A DNA stretch of 64,000 nt from Macrostomum lignano (Eukaryota): contig NIVC01002295.1 of NCBI GenBank assembly GCA_002269645.1, forward strand, positions 124,001 to 188,000. Direction: 5' to 3'. How positions within the stretch are numbered: the stretch's first letter is position 1; each line of letters opens with the position of its first letter. Shown one piece after another: positions 23,607-35,833 of this stretch. The position numbers and the translations under genes are program-made. The notes under the pieces were generated by a model. The model was given only the letters and a program-made list of their open reading frames with translations, made no database searches and was not told where the DNA came from.

Positions 23607-25403
23607 TCACTCCGTACAGTAGCTAAAAGGCGCACAATTGTGTAACAAAACTAACCACGACTGATCGATGGCCGCCTCAGTCACCTCGTGGTCGTCAATG
23701 AACAAAGTCTGTATAATGCCTGTGCGCCGCTTGCCGCTAGACACAGCACGGATGAAGCAGGCATGATCGCCTACTGTAAAGTGCGTCTCAGTGCCTTCGT
23801 CTGTGAACTCGCCCTGGGGATGTGGGATATTGTGGGAATAAGGTCTTCGTCAGGCTGATAAAGTAGCAAGACTTTCTTCTATAGCAAATCAAATCTAAGG
23901 CTCAAGGCATGTGAGGATGGCGATGACCCAAGAACTGAGGATCTGGGAGGCTGGTGGTACAGAAACTGTGGATCTGGGAGGCTGGTGGTACAGAAACTGT
24001 GGATCTGGGAGGCTGGTGGTACAGAAACTGTGGATCTGGGAGGCTGGTGGAACAGAAACTGAGGATCTGGGAGGCTGGTGGAACAGAAACTGAGGATCTG
24101 GGAGGCTGGTGGAACAGAAACTGAGGATCTGGGAGGCTGGTGGAACAGAAACTGAGGATCTGGGAGGCTGGTGGAACAGAAACTGAGGATCTGGGAGGCT
24201 GGTGGAACAGCAAATGAGGATCTGGGAGGAGACAACAGTCTGGGATCTGACAAAACTGGTCAGAAATAAAATGATAGGGATCAAGATAGAGCCCAGGAAA
24301 CTCACAGCTGTCTCAACGACTTTTCCATCAACGTAGACATCAAGCGAATCCTTCTCCAGTACAATTCTCACGAATTCGCCATCAATAATAGGCAGCCAGC
24401 ATTTGAGAATGCGCGCCTGGTTCTCGCTGAAGCTCTGCACGGATTTGCCATTCACCAACAGTTTATAATGATAATTAAAATCATCTGCTGCGACGATTTC
24501 AATTGTGCAGGGAGTGCTGCCGATTTTGAAATGCTCAATGCCAACTAGCTTGAACATGAAGTCTTCGCGCTTGATGCACTGGCGGAGAAATGCGGAGCAC
24601 GAGGGAGGGCATCTTAGATAGCGTTTAGACAGAATCTCGCACAAGCTCGAACCTTCACAATCTCTAACCTTCACAATCTCGAACCTTCACAATCTTTAAC
24701 ATTCACAATCTCGAACATTCACAATCTTTAACCTTCGCAATCTCGAACATTCACAATCTCAAACATTCACAATCTCTAACATTCACAATCTCTAACATTC
24801 ACAATCTTTAACCTTCGCAATCTCGAACATTCACAATCTCTAACCTTCGCAATCTCGAACATTCACTATCTCTAACCTTCACAATCTTTAACCTTCATAA
24901 TCTCTAAGCTTCGCAATCTCGAATCTTCACAATCTCAAACCTTCACAATCTCAAACCTTCACAATCTCTAGCCTTCACAATCTCAAACCTTCACTATCTC
25001 TAACCATCGCAATCTCTAACATTCACAATCTCAAACATTCACAATCTCAAACATTCACAATCTCAAACATTCACAATCTCAAACCTTCACAATCTCGAAT
25101 CTTCACAATCCTTAACCTTCAAAATCTCTAACCTTCTCTAACCTTTAGGTTTCCAAGCTTATGGATGTGACGTCCGACAAGACTTTCGACAATGTGAAAT
25201 TTCGAGCTTGTGAAAGCGATCCAGCATTTTTTGGGATTGAATTAAGACACGGGACTTCGACATTCGAACCTTACCTCTCCGTTAAGAAAGATGGCCCTCC
25301 GGCCCGAGGTCGTACCATGGTCAAACTGCACAACATGCACCCTATCGCTCAGAGGCACCTCCCATCTGGCGCTCATGACTTTTTTCTGGCCGTTTTCTTC
25401 CAT
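23607..25403 (-). CDS. FAIM: Fas apoptotic inhibitory molecule
   Basis: Exons 25403-25275 (WEVPLSDRVHVVQFDHGTTSGRR), 24578-24306 (FMFKLVG...RIVLEKD), 23813-23607 (GEFTDEGTETHF...AVSSGKRR). The start could instead be 25376, and the last exon could use an internal donor. Confidence 0.92.
23930..24230. repeat. 31-bp intronic minisatellite
   Basis: Unit GAGGATCTGGGAGGCTGGTGGAACAGAAACT. Confidence 0.94.
24645..25145. repeat. 17-bp intronic minisatellite
   Basis: Unit AACCTTCACAATCTC(G/T/A)A. Confidence 0.93.
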
Positions 25404-25957
25404 TTTTCTGCTGTTTTCTTTAAAGGTCAAAAGAAAAAGGCCAAGCGCATGCATCAATGGCATTCGTGCTATAATTTAATGAAAATATAAGCTACGCATA
25501 ATACAAAGGCTACTAATTATTTCCTTACAGTTTTTTCGACTAGTAAATGCAACTAACAAAGATAAACAGTAAAAAGCCAAACGTATCCAAGTCGCACATA
25601 TGCACACTATTAATATATAAAGTGCAACTGTTGCCTTTGTTAAATTGAGTTCACAATAATTAATTTTATTTGAACAAACAATAAAACACTAATTATCGCC
25701 AATACAATTGAATTAATAAGACCCTGTAATATATTTACCGATGGAACAGGATTCAGGACTATTCAAACAGATTATGGATAGCAAAACAGAAACGGAACTA
25801 GCAGCAAGGGAAACCTTCGATAAGCCCGCATGAATCACTGATTAATTAATTATTATAGCAATAGCAATAGCGGGCCGCGGGGTGAAAATGCAATCCAAGC
25901 CAAACCGGGGTACCATCGCTGTGCCTCGTTGATATTTAGATCGCGAAAATCCCCCAG

Positions 25958-26371
25958 CTAATAACCGCCTCGACCGCCGCCTCGACCACCACCGCGACCG
26001 CCTCCGCCGCCGCCTCGACCGCCGCCGCCGCCTCGTCCGCCGCGGAATCCGCCCCGGCCGCGGTGCATCATAGTCTTGCCGCGGCCCATGCCTAAGCCTT
26101 TAGTGCCGGTAGTTCGTTTAAACATTGGCGCATTTTTAAGCATGTCGGGCAGAATGAAGAATCGAGCTTTTGAGCCGCGCAGGAAAATGTTTTCCAGATG
26201 AGCAACGCGACCGTCGCGGAATGTGACCGTGACGTCCGACATCTGGCAGTTCATATTCTCCTCGGCTTCTACTAGCATGCCGCGGTACATCTCGCCTGTG
26301 TCCATCTCGCATGTGATCACGTGACCTTCGGCTTCGTGCAACAGTTTAGAAGGAACTCCTAGCAAGGCCAT
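25958..26371 (-). CDS. SNRPD3: Small nuclear ribonucleoprotein Sm D3 (intronless)
   Basis: [13 protein letters not shown]...GEMYRG...[10 protein letters not shown]...[20 protein letters not shown] followed by an RG-rich tail. Confidence 0.95.
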   Translation of the reverse strand: MALLGVPSKLLHEAEGHVITCEMDTGEMYRGMLVEAEENMNCQMSDVTVTFRDGRVAHLENIFLRGSKARFFILPDMLKNAPMFKRTTGTKGLGMGRGKTMMHRGRGGFRGGRGGGGGRGGGGGGRGGGRGGGRGGY

Positions 26372-26569
26372 GCTGTTGACAAGCATGCATTCACATATTT
26401 AATTAAGGGGCAATTAATTATCAGGAGCTAATGGAAAACATCTTCTTTCTATGATAATGAACTATGTTATTAAAGTGTACTTTAAAATAGCTGGATATTT
26501 TTATCAATTATAGATTGTGCTTTTCGTCTACCACTTTTTTGGATACACCTTTGGGCTTATGACTCAATG

Positions 26570-27150
26570 AGATTTATGGGCTATGACTCAATGAGACTTT
26601 TTGGGACTTATGGGCTGCGACTCAATGAGACTTTTGAGCTGACTCAATCAGACTTTTGAGTTGACTCAATCAGACTTTTGAGTTGACTCAATCAGACTTT
26701 TGAGCTGACTCAATCAGACTTTTGAGTTGACTCAATCAGACTTTTGAGCTGACTCAATCAGACTTTTGAGTTGACTCAATCAGACTTTTGAGTTGACTCA
26801 ATCAGACTTTTGAGCTGACTCAATCAGACTTTTGAGCTGACTCAATCAGACTTTTGAGCTGACTCAATCAGACTTTTGAGTTGACTCAATCAGACTTTTG
26901 AGTTGACTCAATCAGACTTTTGAGTTGACTCAATCAGACTTTTGAGCTGACTCAATCAGACTTTTGAGTTGACTCAATCAGACTTTTGAGCTGACTCAAT
27001 CAGACTTTTGAGTTGACTCAATCAGACCTTTTGAGTTGACTCAATCAGACTTTTGGGACTTTTGAGCTATGAATCAATGATAGACTTTTGAGCTATGAAT
27101 CGATGATAGACTTTTGGGCTATGAATCGATGATAGACTTTTGGTCTATGA
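26570..27150. repeat. 22-bp minisatellite with internal inverted repeat
   Basis: Unit GACTCAATCAGACTTTTGAG(T/C)T; CTCAA/TTGAG pair within each unit. Confidence 0.95.
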
Positions 27151-28301
27151 CTCAATGATATTCCGAGGAAATCTACTTGTTTTCATATAAACTGCTAATA
27201 AAAATGCTTTTAATAACTTAGACGAAACAGAACCGACTGCCGAATCCAAAAATTGAAACGTGTACAAAACACACGCAAGTGTATATTATGTTTATTAATA
27301 TGAGTGACTGAGGATTTACTTTTTGCAAGTGAAATTACAGAAGGCTGGTGGGCGGGTGAAGCAAATAGCCAGGGAAATTAAATTTGCTGCATTTAATAGA
27401 AAAAGCACAATTTTTTCAACATGATCAACGAACATGACCGCTTCTGTCAAGCTTTAATAAAGATCAAGTTTACTGTCAATGCAGATTATTAGCTTAGTGT
27501 AGTAAGGAGGGCAATAGATATAAGATGTATATAATATGAATACGAGACAATAATTGGTTATAATGACATAATTAACAATTCAAAAGCATCAATTAATAAG
27601 CGGTCATCAGTGTATCATTTAAATTTCTAAACCTGTTAGAACTATAATTAGCGCCTCTAAGGACTTGATAACACTGAACTATGATCTTACTAAATCACTA
27701 TGCATTAACTAGCAAAGCTACAGAGACCACCGCAACTGCCGCTCTCTCTATCTGCCTGGTTCAACTGCATCAAAGAAGGGAAGAGAAAATATTAGTTATA
27801 AAAAACTCTTGACAGCCAGAAGAAGAAGATCTAAAAAACAGCAATAGAAATGGAAACAACTTAAACAGTTTAATTCAGTAGAGAAACCGCACGAACAGAC
27901 ACGGTAAACTGGGACAAACAATAGAAAAAAAATAGAAATTGCAGCACCGATACACGCTGTTTTCATAATTAATAATAATTAGGCTTGGGGGGACTGCTAA
28001 TGGCTTAACAATGGATAACTATATGAAGACATTGTACTGGCCAAAATATTACCGAGCCCCTCAATTAACATTTATAAATCAGTAATATTTGTAACAGCTA
28101 ATAAGAAGTGTGCGCTACTAGAACACAAACAACACCCCAGAAGCAAGCGCAAGGGACAGGGAGTTAACATTAACACTACAATTAGTTAAAAAGCATATTA
28201 TTACAATAGCTAGTCCTCAGAATTTGTTTATAGATTTAAGGCACAATTAAAGCAAACTAGATAAAGAAAAGGTGCGCCAACAATTCATAGAGACAGGCAA
28301 G

Positions 28302-28304
<3 letters not shown>

Positions 28305-28391
<87 letters not shown>

Positions 28392-28534
28392 GGCAGGCAG
28401 GAAGGCAGACAGACAGACAGACAGACAGGCAGACAGACAGACAGGCAGGAAGGCAGACAGACAGACAGACGGACAGACAGACAGGCAATAAGGCAGACAG
28501 ACAGACAGACACTAAGACAGACAGACAGGCAGGC

Positions 28535-28579
<45 letters not shown>

Positions 28580-28958
28580 GGCAGGCAGACAGACAGACAG
28601 GCAGGAAGGCAGACAGACAGACAGACAGACACTAAGACAGACAGACAGGCAGGCAGACAGACAGACAGAAAGACAGACAGACAGACAGGCAGACAGACAG
28701 ACAGGCAATAAGGCAGACAGACAGACAGACGGACAGACACTAAGACAGACAGACAGGCAGGCAGACAGACAGACAGACAGGCAGGCAGACAGACAGACAG
28801 AAAGACAGACAGACAGGCAGACAGACAGACAGGCAGGAAGGCAGACAGACAGACAGACAGGCAGACAGACAGACAGGCAATAAGGCAGACAGACAGACAG
28901 ACGGACAGACACTAAGACAGACAGACAGGCAGGCAGACAGACAGACAGACAGGCAGGC

Positions 28959-28991
<33 letters not shown>

Positions 28992-29174
28992 GGCAGACAG
29001 ACAGACAGGCAGGAAGGCAGACAGACAGACAGACGGACAGACACTAAGACAGACAGACAGGCAGGCAGACAGACAGACAGAAAGACAGACAGACAGACAG
29101 GCAGACAGACAGACAGGCAATAAGGCAGACAGACAGACAGACGGACAGACACTAAGACAGACAGACAGGCAGGC

Positions 29175-29215
<41 letters not shown>

Positions 29216-29266
29216 GGCAGGCAGGCAGGCAGGCAGACAGACAGAAAGACAGACAGGCAGGCAGGC

Positions 29267-29303
<37 letters not shown>

Positions 29304-29450
29304 GGCAGACAGACAGACAGACAGACAGACAGCCAGACAGGCAGGCAGGCAGACAGACAGACACTAAGACACTAAGACAGACAGACAGGCAGGCAGACAA
29401 ACAGACAGACAGACAGACAGGCAGACCAGACAGACAGAGACAAAGACAGA
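28305..29450. repeat. Compound (AGAC/AGGC)n microsatellite
   Basis: About 1.1 kb of tetranucleotide units with higher-order variant blocks. Confidence 0.97.
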
Positions 29451-30297
29451 GTACATTAATGAAATGAAGGCCAAAATATTCACCCCTGTACACAGTTGCG
29501 CATGAAAAGAACAGTGCGAATTAATGCATATCTCGTATACATTTGCTATAAAATTTTAAGCAGCGTACGCTCATTCTTCACATCGGTGCATAGAATGGAA
29601 CTATATAAACAAAAGCATTTTTAATTACAAGTGCAAATTTCGAATACTTAAAGTAAACATCTCTGGTATTCGATTCAAGTTATAAGGTGAATTTATGAAT
29701 TATTTTGTGTCCATTTCCATTCTAATAACTGGAATATTATACTATAACTTTCTACATTTTTAAAGAACATTAAAACTCATAGAACACGAAATCCAACGAT
29801 TCATGCTAACTACTTCGACCTATACTACTAACAGTATTACATGACATCATCTGATGCAAAAAGCTGCGAAAATGATCTACTAATAGCTTCTATTGCTTTG
29901 CTTCATCATAATTATATCTGTATTCAGGTTATATAAAATAATACGCAAGACCTAGCTAAGCTAAGCCTCATTTCCTAACCAGTAATAAATAGGTGTACGA
30001 ACTACGGACGGCAGATAAGGAGATGAGCTAATTAAACTTGAACAATACAATACACCCGACGTAGATTCAGTTGAGCCACAGATAGTAGAATAACTAGATG
30101 TATCACTCGTAAAAAATACGCTGATGGACTCTGTTTTGAGTAGCAAAATTAGCATTTTTGCATTAAATTTTACAAACTATTTACAAGTTTTTGAAGCTGC
30201 AACAATCGTCTTTTGCTTCCTACAAGTATACCCATTAAAGTAGCATCTTCACCTTGTTTAAAGCTGCACCCAAATCCAGTGAGTGTGCATAGCCAGC

Positions 30298-30548
30298 AAG
30301 AGAGAAAGGGTGTGGCGCCCCAGCCAGACCCATAAACAGTTGGGCTTTCCTCTTTCCCGCTCGTGACTCACTTTGACCTCTCTTCTTACTGCTCTCTCAT
30401 TGGCTGAGCGAGATCGGGTCTACCCCTTAAGCCTGAGCTTCGTCCGTCTGACTTTGACCTCTCTCCTTACTGCTCTCTTATTGGCTGAGCTAGGTTGGGC
30501 CTGCCCCCGTAGGCTGTGCTTCGTTTGTCTTGCGTTTACTTGTGTACA
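30298..30548 (+). mobile_element. Possible LTR-like remnant
   Basis: PPT-like AAGAGAGAAAGGG (30298-30310) directly before TGTGG. Internal 39-bp direct repeat carrying ATTGG (CCAAT) boxes at about 30371 and 30453. No clean TSD. Confidence 0.3.
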
Positions 30549-31232
30549 TCGAGTTAATTGCTAATTTTTCATTCTTAACCCATTATGCCTCCGAGGCCGC
30601 AAGCCTCGAGGGAGGAAAGGAAATATTAGCTGCCAAATTAAATTTAAGCGACAATGCGCTAACAAACTACGGGAAAAAGTAGACACTCTACTTTTACACA
30701 GGTTTAAATTGCGAGTGACATAATATCTGGTTACTCTAGTATCTATGAGTCAAACAAACGAATCGCATTGGCGAGAAGGAAGCTGGAAAAAGATCTTTCA
30801 CACATAGAAGGATAATTAAGATTATCATTACCGTAAAGAAACCATGGTGTCGCATCACTCCACTCAGAAGTGGGTCGATAAAAATGGAGAAACCGAGAAT
30901 GACATTTATGCATATATAGTTAGGAGTTTATATAGTTAAGTCTGTATGAATTCGCTATTTTACTAGTAAAACAAACAATGGGGAAACCACCGTGCTGCTG
31001 CCAATGAACATGTTAATGATCAATAAACAGAGAGACAAACAGACAAACTCTACCGAGCATAGGCCTACAAACAGCGAAGAGATATAAAGATAACAGAGAG
31101 AAAAGATGTCATCATAAGCTAAAAAACAAACAAATAACAAAACTAATAATTAGCTAATGTAAAGCATGGATAACAGAATTGGTATCTCTAACAATATATA
31201 TAGAGAGAAATCGGTGTGTATGTATAAAAACG

Positions 31233-33497
31233 TCAGTCCGCTGCACCAGCGGGCGGCAGTGCGGACAGGCGGAAGGCGAACACGCCAATTCTGAGGCCGC
31301 ACAGGCCGGCAGACGCGGAGGAGCTGGCCAGTGTAGAGCGAAGTTCCGCCGCCTCGCCGGCAACGCAAGCTGAAGCGGAGGATCTGGGAAAAGCGATGCG
31401 CAAGCAATTCTCGCCAGCTGTTGGACCGGTTAGCGCAGTAAGAAACGGTGCGCCGCAGGCTGTTAGAGATCGTTGAATAGCGCCATTGAGCTGAACAGAT
31501 TCAACTAAGCAGGGCCCGTCGGATAGCCAGCAGTGCATTGAAATTGGATCCGGGCAAGGCTGACGGCGCATCAAGGCCGAGCAGGGACGCTGACGGCAGT
31601 GCAGCAGGGCGACGGCGTGGCCATATTTGGAGGCCTCCTCTTCGGGCAGGCGAAAGCGCACCTGGCACACAAGGCCTGGCTGTGGTCGCAGGTAGCGTGG
31701 AGCAAATAATAGCGCCGCAGGAGCGAAGCCTAGCCTAGCCAGATGATCGGCCAGATGGTCGTGCATAGTCCGGCACAGATGGCCAACGTACAATTGCAGT
31801 ACGGCTGCACTTTGAGGACAGGCGCGCCTGGCGTACCGTAGCGGAGTTTGACCTTCGCAGGTTTCTACACCAAAATCGACACCGCCAAGGCTGCACAATG
31901 CGTCTACTAAATGCGGCTTGCGCAGCTTAATAGCACGCTGCAAAGTGGAATTGCCGGCCGGACAAAGCAAATTGGGATCGGCGCCGGCTAGCAACAGGCG
32001 ATGAACTAATGCCGGCGAGTCTCGTTCAACTGCCAGCATTAGCAGTGTTAGACCGGACTCGGAGGAGCGACAATCAATGTCTATAGTCTCTGATAGGTGA
32101 GCCACGGTGCCAGCCGTATCTAGTAACAAATCAACTATGCAAGCGTGACCGCGGGCCACGGCTAAACAGAGAAGCCGCTGCAAGTCTGCTATAGTCAGCT
32201 GCGGCTCCTGCTGGCTGACGGTCCGGCTAACAGCCGGCCAGTCGCCTCGTTCAACCGCTCGGCAGAGCAGCGGCCAGGATAGCGGAGGCGGCCGGTTTGG
32301 CGGCAGTCGGGCAGCCTGTCCGGCTAGGTGAGCGCGCAGCAGTTCAGCCTGATTAGCTACGTAGCGAAAGTCGGCCGCTGTCTCTTCGATTGGCGTCGTT
32401 GAGACCGACGCTGACGATGATGTCGACGGCTGCTGTTGTTGCTGCGGCGGAGGCGGCGGAGTCGGCGTCGAGGACACCGCCGAGGCGGTCGCGGACGCCG
32501 CTTTGTCTGATCGTTCATCGGAGGCGTCGCCAGCGGCTGAAGCTGCGGCCGAGGCCGAGGCAGAGGCTGTCGCAGCGGCGGTTGAATCTCGCTTAGCGGA
32601 ACCGAGCAAATCCGCCAGCAGCGGCGACTGATGCTGCGATGGCTTTGTTGATGACGCCGACGAAGCGGATTGCTGCGTAGGCGTTGGCGGTTGCACTGAC
32701 TCTCCAACCGTGGCGGCAGACGCTATTGTTGAGTCTTTCAAAACTTGTCCGCCGCTTCCAGTTGTTGCAGCGGCAGCCGAGACAGTCGGTTTGCCTTCGA
32801 TTTCTAAAGTGCTCGACGAGCCAATTGAGTTAGCGAAACTGCTGCCGCCTTCGGAATTGTTTGAATTGCCCTCCTCCCCGGTTGTGTCCTCGGCCGATGC
32901 GTCCTCGCTCTCTCGGCCGACGCTAACTCCGCTGCCACCGTTCAGCCGACGCCGGGATTTTGGCCGATTTTCGTCCAGACTGTCCACCAATTTGTTAGTC
33001 TTTGCCGACCCACCGCCAGTTGTTGGCAAATGCATTGCTGCCGCCGCTGCCGTTGTTGAGGAGCCTTGATCCCATCGCTTTGGCGCTGGACGCTTTCTGC
33101 TGCCGCTGCTATTGCTGCTGTTACTATTGCCGCCAGTCGATGCCCGATTGCTGCTGCTGCCGCTGCTGAGCTTACTGGCTCGAGCCGATCGGAAGGCTTG
33201 AATCATATCGGATACAACTGTTAAATTGTCCTCAGGCTCCCAGGTGTCATTCGATGGCGGATAATTTTTCCAGCGAACTTTAAAGTAAGACATGCCATTC
33301 TCAGTTTTCTCGGCTAGAATTTTGCCAACAACATATAAATCGTCGCCATTGTTTGATGCTGATGGCGGGGATGGTGCACTTTTAGTGCCAAGTCCTCCAC
33401 TGACGCCGCCCGCCTTGACTGCGGAGGCAGCTGCAACTGCCGCCACTGTGCCGGAGGCGGCGCCGCAATTGCTAGGCCGCCTGGCTGTTGTCTCCAT
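31233..33497 (-). CDS. MPHOSPH8: MPP8-like protein: chromodomain + ankyrin repeats + C-terminal beta domain (754 aa, intronless)
   Basis: Chromodomain YVVGKIL...VRWKNY...DTWEPEDNL. Ankyrin repeats (GLTLLMLA...GADPN, GQTPL). The C-terminus LSDGPCLVESVQLNG...GENCLRI...IGVFAFR parallels MPP8 RLCGPCSVQAVVLND...GPNKLFI...IGAYR as recalled. Confidence 0.8.
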   Translation of the reverse strand: METTARRPSNCGAASGTVAAVAAASAVKAGGVSGGLGTKSAPSPPSASNNGDDLYVVGKILAEKTENGMSYFKVRWKNYPPSNDTWEPEDNLTVVSDMIQAFRSARASKLSSGSSSNRASTGGNSNSSNSSGSRKRPAPKRWDQGSSTTAAAAAMHLPTTGGGSAKTNKLVDSLDENRPKSRRRLNGGSGVSVGRESEDASAEDTTGEEGNSNNSEGGSSFANSIGSSSTLEIEGKPTVSAAAATTGSGGQVLKDSTIASAATVGESVQPPTPTQQSASSASSTKPSQHQSPLLADLLGSAKRDSTAAATASASASAAASAAGDASDERSDKAASATASAVSSTPTPPPPPQQQQQPSTSSSASVSTTPIEETAADFRYVANQAELLRAHLAGQAARLPPNRPPPLSWPLLCRAVERGDWPAVSRTVSQQEPQLTIADLQRLLCLAVARGHACIVDLLLDTAGTVAHLSETIDIDCRSSESGLTLLMLAVERDSPALVHRLLLAGADPNLLCPAGNSTLQRAIKLRKPHLVDALCSLGGVDFGVETCEGQTPLRYARRACPQSAAVLQLYVGHLCRTMHDHLADHLARLGFAPAALLFAPRYLRPQPGLVCQVRFRLPEEEASKYGHAVALLHCRQRPCSALMRRQPCPDPISMHCWLSDGPCLVESVQLNGAIQRSLTACGAPFLTALTGPTAGENCLRIAFPRSSASACVAGEAAELRSTLASSSASAGLCGLRIGVFAFRLSALPPAGAAD

Positions 33498-34879
33498 TTA
33501 TAGAGAATTCCAAAATAAAGCGCTTAGGCCTGCTTTTTACGCATCGGAGCGATTGGCCAATGGTAATAAGGCGCGCGCCCGAACAGCAACTAAGACTGCT
33601 TCAAGATGGAAGAGCCACAAGGTCAATGAGCGTTTAAGAAAGTTCAGCTCAAGGATTCGACACCTAGTAGGTCAACTTGGAGGTGCGCAACTCCCAGAGT
33701 TATTCCAGAAATTCTTTATCAAGTTATGCGCCAGTGCATAAAGATAAGGTTGAATAAATAAACTTAATGCATATTGCTACAGCCATTTATAAAACCAATG
33801 TTTAAGCAAATAAAACCATAAATATTCAGGTTATACAAATTAAAGAATATTTGAGTCAAAGGTTTTATAAAATGTCACATTCACAGTGCTATATGGCATC
33901 CTGGATTCACACTCTGTCTAAGTGCAATTTGTTAGGAATAGTTATAAAAACTGTTTTATCTAGGGACATAAAAGTTAAACATAATACCAATATGAATAAT
34001 AAGATTTTCAATATTTAGATCAATGATTCAATGGTTGCATTTTATTTAAGCAAGTGACAATTACCATTCCTTTAATTTTATATGGTCTATGTTCATATAT
34101 GTCAACTTTGCTTTTGATTCTTCTACTTCTATCTTTGGTACTATGTCTCTTCTCTTCTCCTGTCTCTATTCTCCTGTTACTTCTATGAGCTATTTTCTAA
34201 TGCTTTTGCTCTTTTTCTTCTATTGCAAAAGTTCTATCCATGGTTGAACTAGTGGGCTTGACTTGGTATAACTCTATCCTTTAATACTTATTCTACTTTT
34301 AGCCATATCTTTTGAAGGAAATAACATTCTGTTGAAATTAAAAAAGCAATAAAACTGTAAAATACTTATCTATATAGTGATACATTGCATTTAATTATGA
34401 TTTTGCTATCAGTGTATGTGGAAAAATAGTGGGAAAAGGGTATGGATCAATTTTCCCACTATTTTTAGGATTTACCTTGTATTAAGGCAAAATGCTTTGT
34501 CATCTAGTACCATATCTGTATTTTTAGGTAGGCATTTTTGTGACTTACCTTGGCTAGGCCCCAGATCAGCTAGCTTGGCTAGGTATTAGGCATATACGAA
34601 ACTATATTTTATCCTATAGTTGTGCAATAAAAATTTCAGTTTTGTATTGTTTTTTTATTTTATAAGACCAAGCCAAAAATATATTTGCAAATAAAATGTT
34701 TTGTTCCTTTTTGAATCAAGTATATTTGTAAAAAATGTTGTATATAAATACTAAAATTTGTCACTTTTCTAAGACTAGATCAACAATATGAAAAATGATA
34801 TAGGTTAACTTTTAATTATATCTAAATATTTAGATTAGTCTAGGAATAGCTATTACTATATATTTAAATAACTATACCT

Positions 34880-35833
34880 CCATAGTGTGGAAGGACGGGT
34901 ATATGCCAGAAATCTCCATCGTACACAGGCATACATGCGCAACAGTCGGCCGAGTCGGCCGATGCGGCCGACCGATTTGGCGGCCAACCAAGGAAGTCGC
35001 AAAAATGCCCACCCGAAAAAATAACCAAATAGTAGTACTAAGTAGCTGACGAGGCATTTTGGATTAATAACACAGTCATAGTTACTCCTGCCGTTTACCT
35101 AAAGTTGCGTTAATTTTGCTTTAGGGTTTTTTTACATGTAAGTCGCATTTTGGCCAAAAACTATGTCGCATTTTTGTTAAAACTAAGTCGCATGGCCGAC
35201 CGAATTTCGGAGGTTGCGCATGTATGTACACAGGGATCACCTGTCGTACATGTCGTACATCGCTAATTTTTGGGGGGCGCTATGTCGTACACTGTCGTAT
35301 ATGTAAACATGTTACATGTCTGTCTGTCGTACACTTGTCAATGTCATACGACTCATATGTGAAGTATAGACATAGTTAGTATTCCTTTGATGAACAATCG
35401 GACACCAGTACCAGATACTCGTAGTCTCGTAACTAACTCATAACGTCGTTGTTAACGTATTGCGTTGAAGCAAAGAAGTAAAAATTCAATAGTTGCACTT
35501 TTCCACTCAAAGGGTAATTTAAATTATCAGTATTATATTTGTACAAACTCTTAAATTCAATTTTATTGGCGCAAAACTATACTTGACATTGCAAGCAGAA
35601 AAGTACAATATATCTGTTGTTTTACTTTGCATATTAAAAAAACGCAATATCAAGAATTTCCCGCACCTACCCACATATGTAAGTGCCACTATTTTTGTCG
35701 TATAGCACTTCCTTAAACTCTAACTCTGTCGTACAACACTAGTACCATTTTCCAATCCCTGTCGTACTGTCGTACAACAGGCCGAAATGAAAATTTACCT
35801 TCCGTCGTATACAGAAATCCTTCCGCACTATGG
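34880..35833. mobile_element. Non-autonomous DNA transposon (954 bp), 8-bp TSD
   Basis: TIRs CCATAGTGTGGAAGGA / TCCTTCCGCACTATGG; TSD CTATACCT at 34872-34879 and 35834-35841; about ten internal GTCGTA motifs. Confidence 0.88.

Noticed and set aside
26570-27150. CRISPR-like array (also considered for the 44-bp and 45-bp arrays)
   Set aside because: Units are contiguous with no unique spacers, there are no cas genes, and the context is eukaryotic.
14270-30590. piggyBac-like TTAA-CCC / GGG-TTAA words at ~14270 and ~30575
   Set aside because: No matching partner TIR is found at a plausible distance, and many genes lie between them.
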